This document shows, in pieces, positions 1 through 8,920 of a stretch of DNA of 64,000 bases (position 1 is the first letter of the stretch; every line of letters starts with the position of its first letter). The position numbers and the translations under genes are program-made. Location of the stretch: assembly GCA_963844035.1 (NCBI GenBank), contig CAWJMT010000003.1:160001-224000 (forward strand), given 5' to 3'. Origin of the DNA: an uncultured Gemmatimonadales bacterium. GTDB lineage: Bacteria > Gemmatimonadota > Gemmatimonadetes > Gemmatimonadales > GWC2-71-9. The notes beneath the pieces were generated by a model that saw only the letters and a list, made by a program, of their open reading frames with translations, searched no databases and was not told the origin of the DNA.

Positions 1-171
1 GCGGACACGTCGCAGACCAACTTCGCCTGGAATGCGGGCGCGGGCCTGACCTTCCCGCTCACTCCCGTGACGATGTTCGTCGAGTTCCGATACTACAGGA
101 TCGCGACCACCTTCGAATTCGCCAGCCTCCCGTTCGTCGCGGTGACAGCGGGTATCCGCTTGGGACGCTAG
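1..171 (+). CDS. 3' end of outer-membrane beta-barrel protein (partial)
   Basis: Frame 1 reads ADTSQTNFAWNAGAGLTFPLTPVTMFVEFRYYRI...VAVTAGIRLGR-TAG; alternating amphipathic strands typical of small OM barrels. Confidence 0.7.
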   Translation, partial: ADTSQTNFAWNAGAGLTFPLTPVTMFVEFRYYRIATTFEFASLPFVAVTAGIRLGR

Positions 172-230
172 CGGGGCGGCGTAGCACCTTCGGCAGGCCG
201 CGTTTAGGTTGTGGGCACCGCCGTGGGCGG

Positions 231-317
231 GGATAGGTGGCCGAGCGGCTGAAGGCACGCGCCTGGAAAGTGCGTAAACGGGTAACCGTTTCGTGGGTTC
301 GAATCCCACCCTATCCG
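231..317 (+). tRNA. tRNA-Ser (anticodon GGA), CCA not encoded
   Basis: Acceptor GGATAGG/CCTATCC+G, anticodon loop CTGGAAA, long variable arm, T-loop GGTTCGAATCC. Confidence 0.96.
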
Positions 318-323
318 TGCAGG

Positions 324-419
324 CTAGACGGCCAGTCGTATAGACGCATAGACGGGCAGTAGAACATAGAAATGAAGATTCTCCTTCCCGTCTGTGCGGC
401 TGTGCGCCTGTGCGCCTAG
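324..419. repeat. Inverted pair of 4x octamer arrays (TAGACGCA-like / TGCGCCTG-like) in the tRNA spacer
   Basis: tagacggc cagtcgta tagacgca tagacggg (325-356) versus cccgtctg tgcggctg tgcgcctg tgcgccta (387-418). Confidence 0.8.
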
Positions 420-427
420 TTCTTAGG

Positions 428-514
428 GGACAGGTGTCCGAGTGGTTGAAGGAGCCGGTCTCGAAAACCGGTGTGCCCGTAAGGGTACCGTGGGTTCGAA
501 TCCCACCCTGTCCG
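428..514 (+). tRNA. tRNA-Ser (anticodon CGA), CCA not encoded
   Basis: Acceptor GGACAGG/CCTGTCC+G, anticodon arm CCGGT-CTCGAAA-ACCGG, long variable arm, GGTTCGAATCC. Confidence 0.96.
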
Positions 515-574
515 TTCGACAAGATCCCGACGTGAGGAGGAAATACGACTTCCAGTCAGCCCGCCGCTCCAGGC

Positions 575-1436
575 CTGTCGATCACATCGCCGGGAGACTT
601 ACCATCGAGCGAGTTCGGTCTCGCCCTCGGCTACGTCATCGGGCATCATCTGCTCGACATGCAGGACCTGCACTACGGCTATTGGCCGGCCGACCTGCCC
701 GTGGTACCGAAAAATCTCGCCCGGGCCCAGGCGCACTACACCGACCTGTTGCTGTCGCACATCCCACCCGGGGTGAAGACGGTGCTCGACGTCGGCTGCG
801 GTGCGGGGAACACTGCCCGCAAGCTGCTCGAGCGGGGGTACCAGGTGGACTGCGTGTCGCCGAACGGCGTGTCTGACCGGGGTCGCGCGGCAGGTACTGG
901 GAGATCGCGCGACGATTTTCGAGACCCGGTTCCAGGACCTCGAGACCGATCGCCGCTATGACCTGATCCTGTTCAGCGAGAGCCTGCTGTTCATTCCGCT
1001 GGACGCGGCCTTCACTCAGGCGCTGCGGCTGCTCACGCCCGGCGGTCACATCTTGATCACCGATATCTTCCGCGTCCCGGCCGAGGGGACGAGCCCGATC
1101 GGGGGCGGTCACGAGCTGCCGGTGTTTCGAGCCGCCGTGGCCCGCTTCGGGCTCGAGCCGGTGCAGGACGTCGACATGACGGCCGGCATCGCGCCCACGT
1201 TCGATCTGCTCGACCGCATCACCGCGGACGCGATCCAACCGGCCTACCAGATGCTCATGGCCCGGTTCACGGTGCGCAGTCCCTGGCTGATGCGGATCGT
1301 GCGCTGGCAATTCGGGAAAAAGCTCGAGAAAGCCGAGCGGAAGCACTTCAGCGGCCGGCGCAACGGCGCGAACTTCAAGAAGTACAAGGCCTATCGCCTG
1401 CTGCTGTTTCGGCGCCCGGAGGCGCACCCCCTTTAA
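575..1436 (+). CDS. Class I SAM-dependent methyltransferase (frameshift near 872; start uncertain)
   Basis: LHYGYW and VLDVGCGAG motif I in ORF 659..961, continuing as YDLILFSESLL...GGHILITD in ORF 801..1436. Confidence 0.85.
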
Positions 1437-1471
1437 CCCACGTGGACCGCGAGCTAACTTTGAACCCCGAG

Positions 1472-2035
1472 ATGCCTCGGCCAAACCGCAGCACCATCCT
1501 CGACGCCCGCGCCCTGTCGCGGGCGCTTCAGCATATGGCGGCAGCGATCGTGGAACTGGCGCACGGGACCGATGATCTGGTGCTGATCGGGATCCAGCGC
1601 CGGGGCGTGGAGCTCGCCGAGCGCATCGGCAAGCTGATCGAAGCGGACCGGAAGGCCGCGGTCCCTCGCGGAGCCCTCGACATCACGCTGTATCGCGACG
1701 ACCTCGAGACCATCGGTCCGAAACCGGTCATCGGCGAGACCCACCTCCCGGGCGACCTCGCCGGCAAGCATGTCGTCATCGTGGACGACGTCCTGTACAC
1801 CGGCCGCACCGTGCGGGCGGCCCTCGATGAGCTCGCAGATTTCGGTCGTCCCAAGCGCATCTCGCTGGCGGTGCTGATCGATCGGGGCGGGCGCGAGCTG
1901 CCCATTCAGGCCGACGTCGTGGGGAGCGTGGTGCAGACCAACCCCGGCGACCGGGTGGACGTGTTCGTGAACGAGCTCGACGGTCGGGACGAAGTCGAGC
2001 TGATTCGCGCCGTGCCAAAGGAGGTCCCCGCGTGA
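1472..2035 (+). CDS. pyrR: Bifunctional pyr regulator / uracil phosphoribosyltransferase
   Basis: [21 protein letters not shown] motif [25 protein letters not shown]; upstream of pyrB. Confidence 0.95.
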   Translation: MPRPNRSTILDARALSRALQHMAAAIVELAHGTDDLVLIGIQRRGVELAERIGKLIEADRKAAVPRGALDITLYRDDLETIGPKPVIGETHLPGDLAGKHVVIVDDVLYTGRTVRAALDELADFGRPKRISLAVLIDRGGRELPIQADVVGSVVQTNPGDRVDVFVNELDGRDEVELIRAVPKEVPA

Positions 2036-2997
2036 CCGTGGGGTTGGGCAAGGACCTGGTCGGGCTCGCGTCCCTGTCGGCCGAGCAGATCGGTCTGATT
2101 CTCGATACTGCCGAGCCGTTCAAGGATGTGTCGGAGCGCCCCATCAAGAAGGTCCCCGCATTGCGGGGCAAGACGATCGTCAACCTGTTCTTCGAAGCCT
2201 CCACCCGAACCCGGATCTCGTTTGAGTTCGCCGAGAAGCGTCTGTCGGCGGACACCGTGAACGTGGCCGCGTCAGGGAGCTCGGTGTCCAAGGGCGAGAC
2301 GCTGGTGGACACGGCGAAAAACCTCGAAGCGATGCGGATCGATATGGTGGTGATGCGCCACTACTCGTCCGGCGCGGCGGAATTCCTTGGCAACCGCATC
2401 CGCTCGAACGTGATCAACGCCGGCGACGGCAAGCACGAGCATCCGACGCAGGCGTTGCTCGACATGCTGACCCTGCGCGACAAGTTCGGCCGCATCGCCG
2501 GGCTCAAGGTGTGCCTCGTCGGGGACGTGCTCCACTCCCGCGTGGCGCGGTCCAACATCTGGGGCCTGACGAAGATGGGCGCGCAGGTGGCGGTGTGCGG
2601 TCCCCGGTCGCTGTTGCCGCGCGGGGTCGAGGAGCTGGGCGTGACGGTGTTCGATCACGTGGAAGAGGCGATCCAGTGGTGCGACGTCCTCAACGTCCTC
2701 CGCCTGCAGCTCGAACGCATGGAGGCGGGGTTCATCCCGTCGCTGCGCGAGTACTACCGGGTGTTCGGCGTCACGCTGGAGCGGCTGGAGAAGGCCCCGA
2801 AGGACATCACCATCATGCATCCGGGACCCATGAACCGTGGCGTGGAGATCGACAGTCGCGTGGCCGACGGGCCGCACAGCGTGATCCTCGATCAGGTGAC
2901 GAACGGTGTCGCTGTCCGGATGGCGGTGCTCTACCTGCTCGCCGGCGGCAAACCCGACCTCGCCGACGCCGCCAGGCGCGGCCCGGGGCCGGACTGA
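2032..2997 (+). CDS. pyrB: Aspartate carbamoyltransferase catalytic subunit
   Basis: [37 protein letters not shown]. Confidence 0.97.
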   Translation: MTVGLGKDLVGLASLSAEQIGLILDTAEPFKDVSERPIKKVPALRGKTIVNLFFEASTRTRISFEFAEKRLSADTVNVAASGSSVSKGETLVDTAKNLEAMRIDMVVMRHYSSGAAEFLGNRIRSNVINAGDGKHEHPTQALLDMLTLRDKFGRIAGLKVCLVGDVLHSRVARSNIWGLTKMGAQVAVCGPRSLLPRGVEELGVTVFDHVEEAIQWCDVLNVLRLQLERMEAGFIPSLREYYRVFGVTLERLEKAPKDITIMHPGPMNRGVEIDSRVADGPHSVILDQVTNGVAVRMAVLYLLAGGKPDLADAARRGPGPD

Positions 2998-4295
2998 TGC
3001 GCCCGCTGCTGCTCCGGGGCGGGCGGGTGATCGACCCGAGCCGCGGTCTCGATCAGACCGCGGATCTTCTGATTCAGGACGGCAAGATCGCCGCCGTCGG
3101 CGCCGGCGTAGGCACGCCCGACGGCGCGGAGGTGCGCGACGTGCGGGGCGCGATCGTCGCTCCGGGTCTGGTGGACCTGCACGTGCATCTGCGCGAGCCC
3201 GGCAACGAAGACGTCGAGACGATCGCCACCGGCGCGCGCGCCGCCGCCGCCGGCGGCTTCACGGCGGTCTGCGCCATGCCCAACACGGATCCCGTCACCG
3301 ACAACCAGGCGGCGGTGGGATTCATCGTCCGGCAGTCGCAGCGCGCCGGCGCAGCGCGTGTCCATCCCATCGGGGCAATCTCGGTGGGTGAGAAGGGCGA
3401 GCAGCTGGCCGAATTCGGAGAGCTGGTGGGCGCCGGTGCGGTGGCCGTCTCGGATGACGGCCGGCCGGTGGTCTCGGGCCACCTGATGCGCACCGCGCTC
3501 GAATACGCCCGCACGTTCGGCATCCCGGTGGCGGACCATTGCGAGGAGCCGACGCTGGCGAGCGGGGGCGTGATGCACGAGGGCCAAGTGGCCACCCGGC
3601 TGGGTCTGAAAGGGATACCCGCGGCGGCGGAGGAGATCATGGTGGCGCGCGACGTGCTGCTTGCCGAGCTGGTGGGCGGGCGCATCCACCTGTGCCACAT
3701 GTCCACGCGCGGCTCCGTCGAGCTGATCCGCCGCGCCAAGGAACGCGGCGTCCAGGTGACGGCCGAGGTGACGCCGCACCATTTCACGCTCACCGAGCAC
3801 GCCTGCGAAGGGTACGACACCAACGCGAAGATGAACCCGCCGCTGCGCGAAGCGGCCGATCTGGCGGCGCTGCGCGCCGGGCTCAAGGAGGGTGTAATCG
3901 ACTGCATCGCTTCGGACCACGCGCCGCACGCGTACGACGCGAAGGAAGCGGCGTTCGACGACGCGCCCTTCGGTATCGTCGGGCTCGAGACCGCGTTCGG
4001 CCTCGCGTACTCCGAGCTGGTGCAGGGCAAGGTGCTCACGTTGCCCGAGCTGATCGCGCGCATGAGCACGATTCCGGCTCGCGCCTTCCGCCTGTCCGGG
4101 GGCACGCTGCAGCCCGGCGCGGCGGCGGATATCGTGGTGCTGGACGTCGTGACGCCCTGGACGGTGGATCCGGTGCGCTTCCTGTCGAAGAGCCGGAACT
4201 CGCCGTTCAGCGGGCGGTCGCTGGTCGGGCGCGCCGTGTTGACCCTGGTCGACGGGGCAATCGTCCACGACGCGGAGGCGGCGCGCGGGCGGTGA
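2997..4295 (+). CDS. pyrC: Dihydroorotase
   Basis: DLHVHLREPG, AMPNT, KMNPPLR, ASDHAPH; ATG overlaps pyrB stop. Confidence 0.95.
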   Translation: MRPLLLRGGRVIDPSRGLDQTADLLIQDGKIAAVGAGVGTPDGAEVRDVRGAIVAPGLVDLHVHLREPGNEDVETIATGARAAAAGGFTAVCAMPNTDPVTDNQAAVGFIVRQSQRAGAARVHPIGAISVGEKGEQLAEFGELVGAGAVAVSDDGRPVVSGHLMRTALEYARTFGIPVADHCEEPTLASGGVMHEGQVATRLGLKGIPAAAEEIMVARDVLLAELVGGRIHLCHMSTRGSVELIRRAKERGVQVTAEVTPHHFTLTEHACEGYDTNAKMNPPLREAADLAALRAGLKEGVIDCIASDHAPHAYDAKEAAFDDAPFGIVGLETAFGLAYSELVQGKVLTLPELIARMSTIPARAFRLSGGTLQPGAAADIVVLDVVTPWTVDPVRFLSKSRNSPFSGRSLVGRAVLTLVDGAIVHDAEAARGR

Positions 4296-4942
4296 AGGCT
4301 CGCGACGTCGCTCGCCGGATGGCGTTGTGCTGCCGGCAGCTGGCGGCGCGGGGATTGATTGCCGGCCAGGACGGGAACCTGTCCGTGCGACTCTCCGCCA
4401 CCCGGGTGCTCGTCACCCCGCGCGGACTCATCAAAGGGCTGCTCACGGCGTCCGACATGGTGGAAGTCGACCTGTCGGGTCGCAAGCTGGGTGGCCGCCG
4501 CAAGCCCACGACTGAATTGGACTTACACCTGCGATTCCTGAGACGTCGCCCCGACGTGGGCGCCGTCGTCCACGCGCACCCGCCCACGGCGACGGGATTT
4601 GCCGTGGCCGGAATGGGCTTTGAAAAATTCGTCCTTCCCGAGATTATCTTGTTATTCGGCCAGGTACCGCTTGTCCCTTATGGGACACCGGGGACTCCGG
4701 AGTTGGGTGATCGGGTGGAGCCCTTCATCGACGGGCACGACGGCCTGCTGCTCGCCAACCACGGCGCGGTGACCGTCGGACCTACGCTGGACGCGGCGTG
4801 GATCCGGATGGAGAGTCTGGAGCACGCGGCGCGCATTCTTTTCACCGCTCGCGCCCTGGGACGGGTGACCGAGCTCACGAACGACGCTGCGGCGCGCCTC
4901 GAAGCGAGCCGCGCGCGGGCACAACGGGAGCCGGATGCCTAA
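4292..4942 (+). CDS. Class II aldolase/adducin family protein
   Basis: GQDGNLSVR, PTTELDLH, VVHAHPP, LLLANHGAVT. Confidence 0.9.
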   Translation: MKARDVARRMALCCRQLAARGLIAGQDGNLSVRLSATRVLVTPRGLIKGLLTASDMVEVDLSGRKLGGRRKPTTELDLHLRFLRRRPDVGAVVHAHPPTATGFAVAGMGFEKFVLPEIILLFGQVPLVPYGTPGTPELGDRVEPFIDGHDGLLLANHGAVTVGPTLDAAWIRMESLEHAARILFTARALGRVTELTNDAAARLEASRARAQREPDA

Positions 4943-5709
4943 AGGGTCGTCGAAAAGCACCGCCGACATCGAGCGCCTGCTCGAGGAACGGCGGCAGTAC
5001 GAGGCCTGGATCGCGCGCCTATCGGCCGCCGATGACGCCACGCCCGCCAACGTGCGGGAGCGCGTCAAGGCGGACTACGAGGCGCGGCTGCGGGCGGTAC
5101 TGGAAGAGCTCACGTCCCACGCCGAGAGCGCCCGCCAGACGATCGACCAGAAACAGCACTTCCGGCTCGAAGTCAAAAAGCGGGAGCGCCTCGCCGCCGA
5201 GAAGGTGGCGGAGATGGAGCTGCGCCACTCGGTGGGCGAGTACGACGAGGTGACGTGGAACCAGGTGCACACGGACGCGATGGCGGAGCTGGTGACGCTG
5301 CGCGAAGAGCTGCAGGCGGTCGAGGGGGATATCGCCAAGCTGCTCGAGCTGGACAATCTCGTGCGCTCGGGGCCGAAAGCCGCCGTCGGTCAATTCCGGG
5401 AAATTCCGGACCACGGCCAAACCCAAAGAAACGCTCGACGAGCTGGCATTCATCAAGTCGGTCACCGACGACGACAAGAGCAACACGCCCTCACCCAAGC
5501 GCGCGAGCGGGGCCCAGTACCAGCCGAACGTTCCGATGACCGCGCCGACGAAGCCGACGCCCCCGGCGGTGAACCCTGCGCTCCCGACCCCACCCGCGGA
5601 CGAGGATGTGGAAGATCCCCGTCCCCTGAAGTGCAGGGACTGCGGAACGATGAACTTGCCGACGGAGTGGTACTGCGAGCAGTGCGGGGCCGAGCTCGCG
5701 GCGGTGTAA
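4935..5709 (+). CDS. Coiled-coil protein with C-terminal C4 zinc ribbon (frameshift near 5400)
   Basis: Helical charged N-half; shifted frame continues DELAFIKSV...LKCRDCGTMNLPTEWYCEQCGAELAAV-TAA. Confidence 0.8.
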
Positions 5710-5712
5710 CGG

Positions 5713-5973
5713 TTACTTCTTCGCGGCGGCCTTCTTGACCAGGGCGGCGAGCCGCGACTTGTGACGCGCCGCGTTGTTGGGATGGATCAGTCCCTTGCGG
5801 GCTGCCCGGTCGAGGAGCTGCACCGCCTGCGCGTAGGCTTCGACTGCCGCGGTGCCCTCGACTGCGCGGACGCGCTTCACGGCGTTGCGCAGCTCGGAGC
5901 GCTGGCCCCGGTTGCGGATGTTGTGGGCGCGCGACTGCCGCAACGCCTTTTTCGCGGATTTGATGCGGGGCAC
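5713..5973 (-). CDS. rpsT: 30S ribosomal protein S20
   Basis: MPRIKSAKKALRQS...KGLIHPNNAARHKSRL. Confidence 0.97.
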   Translation of the reverse strand: MPRIKSAKKALRQSRAHNIRNRGQRSELRNAVKRVRAVEGTAAVEAYAQAVQLLDRAARKGLIHPNNAARHKSRLAALVKKAAAKK

Positions 5974-5999
5974 GAACGGTCTCCTCGAGTGAAGGCGGA

Positions 6000-6028
6000 A
6001 GCATAGACGGTAACTGCAGTGTGGTCAA
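6000..6028 (-). promoter_or_regulatory. sigma70-type promoter for rpsT
   Basis: Minus strand TTGACC-17 nt-TATGCT. Confidence 0.7.
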
Positions 6029-6040
6029 GGCGGTACAACG

Positions 6041-6070
6041 TTGACCGTGGCACACTCGATTCATTATCTT
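6041..6070 (+). promoter_or_regulatory. sigma70-type promoter for the site-2 protease/scpAB run
   Basis: TTGACC-18 nt-TATCTT, back-to-back with the rpsT promoter. Confidence 0.6.
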
Positions 6071-6128
6071 AGGCCGTTACCGACCCTAGAGTCTTGCTAT
6101 CTCGCTCGAGTTTCTCGTCTGGGCCCCG

Positions 6129-6779
6129 GTGCTGCTGTTCTCCGTTGTGGCCCACGAATACGCGCACGCTGAGGCCGCCTACCGGCAAGGCGACGATACC
6201 GCCCATCTCCTTGGGCGGCTGACTTTGAACCCCCTGAAGCACATCGACCCGGTCATGAGCCTCATCGTGCCGTTCCTGCTGTGGCGGCTTGGGGCGCCGG
6301 TGTTCGGGGCGGCCCGGCCGGTGCCGGTGAATCCCCTGAAATACCGCAACTTCCGCCGCGGCGACATCATCGTGTCGCTGGCGGGAATTGCGACGAACTT
6401 GGGGCTCTTCGTGGTGTCCGCCGCCGTATTCGCGGCCGCCGGCCTTGCGGCACAGCTGGTCCCGGCGCTCAGCCCCTCGTTTGAGATCCTGCAGCGCATG
6501 CTGTACTACGGGATGTATCTCAATCTCATCCTGGCATTCTTCAACCTGATTCCAATTCCGCCGCTCGATGGCAGTCACGTCTTCTATCATCTGCTGCCGC
6601 CGGGCGCCGGCCTCAGATATCGCCAGCTCCAGGCGCTGGGCTTTCTCCCCATCCTGGTCGTGGCGTGGCTTTTCCCCGGGATGCTGCGCGTGCTGCTCTG
6701 GCCCGCGCTCCATCTGATGGGGGCCGGCTGGCGGCTCGTGGGCGGCTTCGCGATCTCACCGGCGGTGATTCCCACGTGA
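6129..6779 (+). CDS. Site-2 protease (M50) family metalloprotease; true start may be slightly upstream
   Basis: HEYAH, RLTLNPLKH, FNLIPIPPLDG. Confidence 0.93.
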   Translation: MLLFSVVAHEYAHAEAAYRQGDDTAHLLGRLTLNPLKHIDPVMSLIVPFLLWRLGAPVFGAARPVPVNPLKYRNFRRGDIIVSLAGIATNLGLFVVSAAVFAAAGLAAQLVPALSPSFEILQRMLYYGMYLNLILAFFNLIPIPPLDGSHVFYHLLPPGAGLRYRQLQALGFLPILVVAWLFPGMLRVLLWPALHLMGAGWRLVGGFAISPAVIPT

Positions 6780-7513
6780 CCACCTCGATCCCGATCGTGC
6801 AGGAAGGCGGCGGCTTCGTCGTCGAGCTGGAGCAATTCTCCGGCCCGCTCGACCTGCTGCTGCATCTGATCCGCGAAGACGAGGTCGACATCACCGACCT
6901 CCCGATCGCCAAGATCGCGGATCAGTTCCTGGCGGTGATCGACGAGCTGGGTCTGAACCAGGCGTCCGACTACCTCGAAATGGCCGCCCGGTTGCTGCGC
7001 ATCAAAGCCCAGATGCTGCTGCCGCGGCGCCTGGGTGACGACGACTGGGAGGACCCGCGCTCCGAGCTGGTGCGCCGCCTGCTCGAATACCAGCAGATCC
7101 GCGAGCTGGTCGACTGGCTGGCGAACGCGGCGGACCGGCGCGCCGAGCAGTTCGGCCGTGGGTTTGCGCCGCCCCCGGAGGCCGCGCCGGAGGCTCCGCT
7201 CGTGATCGAATTGAACGAGCTGCTCGCCGCAGCGGAGCGGGTGATCGCGCTGATACCGGAGCCGGTGCTGCACCGCGTCGTCCCGCGCCCGCTCGATGTC
7301 GAAGGCGCGACGGAGCGGATTCAGCAGCTGCTGGTCAGGCGCGAAGCCTTCGGCTGGCTGGACATCGTGGGTACGCGCGCGGGGATCGTCGACATTCTGT
7401 CGGCGTTCATCGCGCTCCTCGAACTGGCGCGGCGCGGTGTGCTCCGCGTGGAGCAACCCGAGCCGTTCGCCTCGATTGTGATCAGGCGTGAGTCCCCTCG
7501 CGAAGCTGTTTGA
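6776..7513 (+). CDS. scpA: Segregation/condensation protein A
   Basis: FSGPLDLLLHLI, MAARLLRIKAQMLLP, DPRSELVRRLLEY, FIALLEL. Confidence 0.94.
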   Translation: MTTSIPIVQEGGGFVVELEQFSGPLDLLLHLIREDEVDITDLPIAKIADQFLAVIDELGLNQASDYLEMAARLLRIKAQMLLPRRLGDDDWEDPRSELVRRLLEYQQIRELVDWLANAADRRAEQFGRGFAPPPEAAPEAPLVIELNELLAAAERVIALIPEPVLHRVVPRPLDVEGATERIQQLLVRREAFGWLDIVGTRAGIVDILSAFIALLELARRGVLRVEQPEPFASIVIRRESPREAV

Positions 7514-8036
7514 AGCGGCCCTCTTCGCGGCATCCCGCTCGCTGACCGCCGACGAGCTGGCCGCACTCGATCCGTCCGCCGGGGAAGCCGCGGTGCAAGG
7601 CGCACTCGACGAGCTGCGCCAGGCGTACGCGACGGACGATCACGGCGTGGAGCTGGTGGAAATCGCCCAGGGGTGGCAGTTCCTGACCAGGCGCGAGTAC
7701 GCCGAGACCATCGAGCGCGCCCGCATCGCGCTGCGCACCCGCCGCCTGTCCCCGGCGGCGCTCGAGACCCTGGCGATCGTTGCCTACCGGCAGCCGGTAG
7801 GCCGCCTCGAGATCGAAGAGATCCGTGGCGTCGATTCCGGCGCGGTGCTCGACAAGCTGCTCGAGCGCGGGCTGGTCGAAGTCGCCACGCGCGGGGAAGG
7901 GCTGGGCCGCCCGCTCCTGTACGGGACAACGCCGCACCTCCTCGAGGTGCTCGGGCTCAAGGATCTGGACCAGCTGCCGCGGTTGGAGGAGCTGGCGGTG
8001 GCGCTGCGTCCCCCGGCGCCGGCCGAGCCCGAATGA
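7488..8036 (+). CDS. scpB: SMC-Scp complex subunit ScpB
   Basis: LSPAALETLAIVAYRQP, IEEIRGV, GRPLLYGTT. Confidence 0.95.
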   Translation: MSPLAKLFEAALFAASRSLTADELAALDPSAGEAAVQGALDELRQAYATDDHGVELVEIAQGWQFLTRREYAETIERARIALRTRRLSPAALETLAIVAYRQPVGRLEIEEIRGVDSGAVLDKLLERGLVEVATRGEGLGRPLLYGTTPHLLEVLGLKDLDQLPRLEELAVALRPPAPAEPE

Positions 8037-8920
8037 CCTTGATGCGCCTGCAGCGCGCGCTGGCGCGCGCGGGCGTGACGTCGCGGCGCAAGGCGGAGGA
8101 TCTGATTCGCGCCGGCCGGGTGCGGGTGGACGGCGCCGTGGCCACGATCGGCACGAGCGTCGATCCGGTGCGCCAGAAGGTGACCGTGGACGGGCAGGCG
8201 GTGCGGCCGGTCGCGACCACATGGCTGGCATTGAACAAGCCCGTGGGGTACGTCGTGAGCCGCAGCGACCCCGAGGGCCGGCAGACGGTGTACGACCTGC
8301 TCCCCAAGCTGCCCGGCCTCACGTACGTTGGACGCTTGGACATGATGACGTCTGGCTTGCTCCTCCTCACCACCGACGGGACGGCGGCGCACCGGTTGAC
8401 GCACCCGCGCTACGCGGTGCAGCGCACCTACTGGCTGCGGGCCCACGGTCTGGGGACGCGGGCGGTGCAGGCGGCGCTGGCTCAGCCGATCGAGATCGAC
8501 GGGCGCGCGGTGCGACCGACGAACTTCCGCGTGCGCACGATGGGGCGCGGCGTGGAAATCGAGTTGACGCTCGCCGAAGGACGGCACCGGATCGTGCGCC
8601 GTCTGGCGGAAGCGTTGGGGTTGAAGGTCGAGTGGCTGCACCGCGTGTCGTATGGCCCGGTCCGGCTTGGTCGTCTCGCCGAGGGTCGCAACCGTCCCCT
8701 CACGCCCGCCGAGATCCGGGCGATCGATCGCCTGGAGGGGGAGGGGAGCGGGCGGGGAGGGGGGCAAGAAGGCGGCGCCCGCCACCGGACGGCGCGCCCG
8801 GGCCAGGCGTTGACGCGCGATGACAACGCAAACGACCGGCATGGAGCGCGCCCTCGGGGCGATCGGCACCACGTTCCGGATGACCCGGCTGTATCCGCCG
8901 ATCCATCCCGCGCTGGTTGA
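8033..8920 (+). CDS. rluB: rRNA pseudouridine synthase, RluB/RsuA family (true stop probably 8823 after a frameshift in the G-rich tail)
   Basis: S4 domain RLQRALARAGVTSRRKAE, LNKPVG, VGRLD..TSGLLLLTTDG, LAEGR. Confidence 0.85.
   Translation: MTLMRLQRALARAGVTSRRKAEDLIRAGRVRVDGAVATIGTSVDPVRQKVTVDGQAVRPVATTWLALNKPVGYVVSRSDPEGRQTVYDLLPKLPGLTYVGRLDMMTSGLLLLTTDGTAAHRLTHPRYAVQRTYWLRAHGLGTRAVQAALAQPIEIDGRAVRPTNFRVRTMGRGVEIELTLAEGRHRIVRRLAEALGLKVEWLHRVSYGPVRLGRLAEGRNRPLTPAEIRAIDRLEGEGSGRGGGQEGGARHRTARPGQALTRDDNANDRHGARPRGDRHHVPDDPAVSADPSRAG

Noticed and set aside
292..515. Near-identical 3' halves of the two tRNAs as att sites
   Set aside because: Both are complete tRNAs with different anticodons; no integrase or further copy seen
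442..876. 144-aa ORF beginning inside tRNA-Ser(CGA)
   Set aside because: Overlaps a clear tRNA; Arg-rich off-frame composition
6776..8036. scpAB without smc, or as a Wadjet-type defence locus
   Set aside because: scpAB next to rluB with smc elsewhere is a common housekeeping layout; no jetC/jetD-like genes
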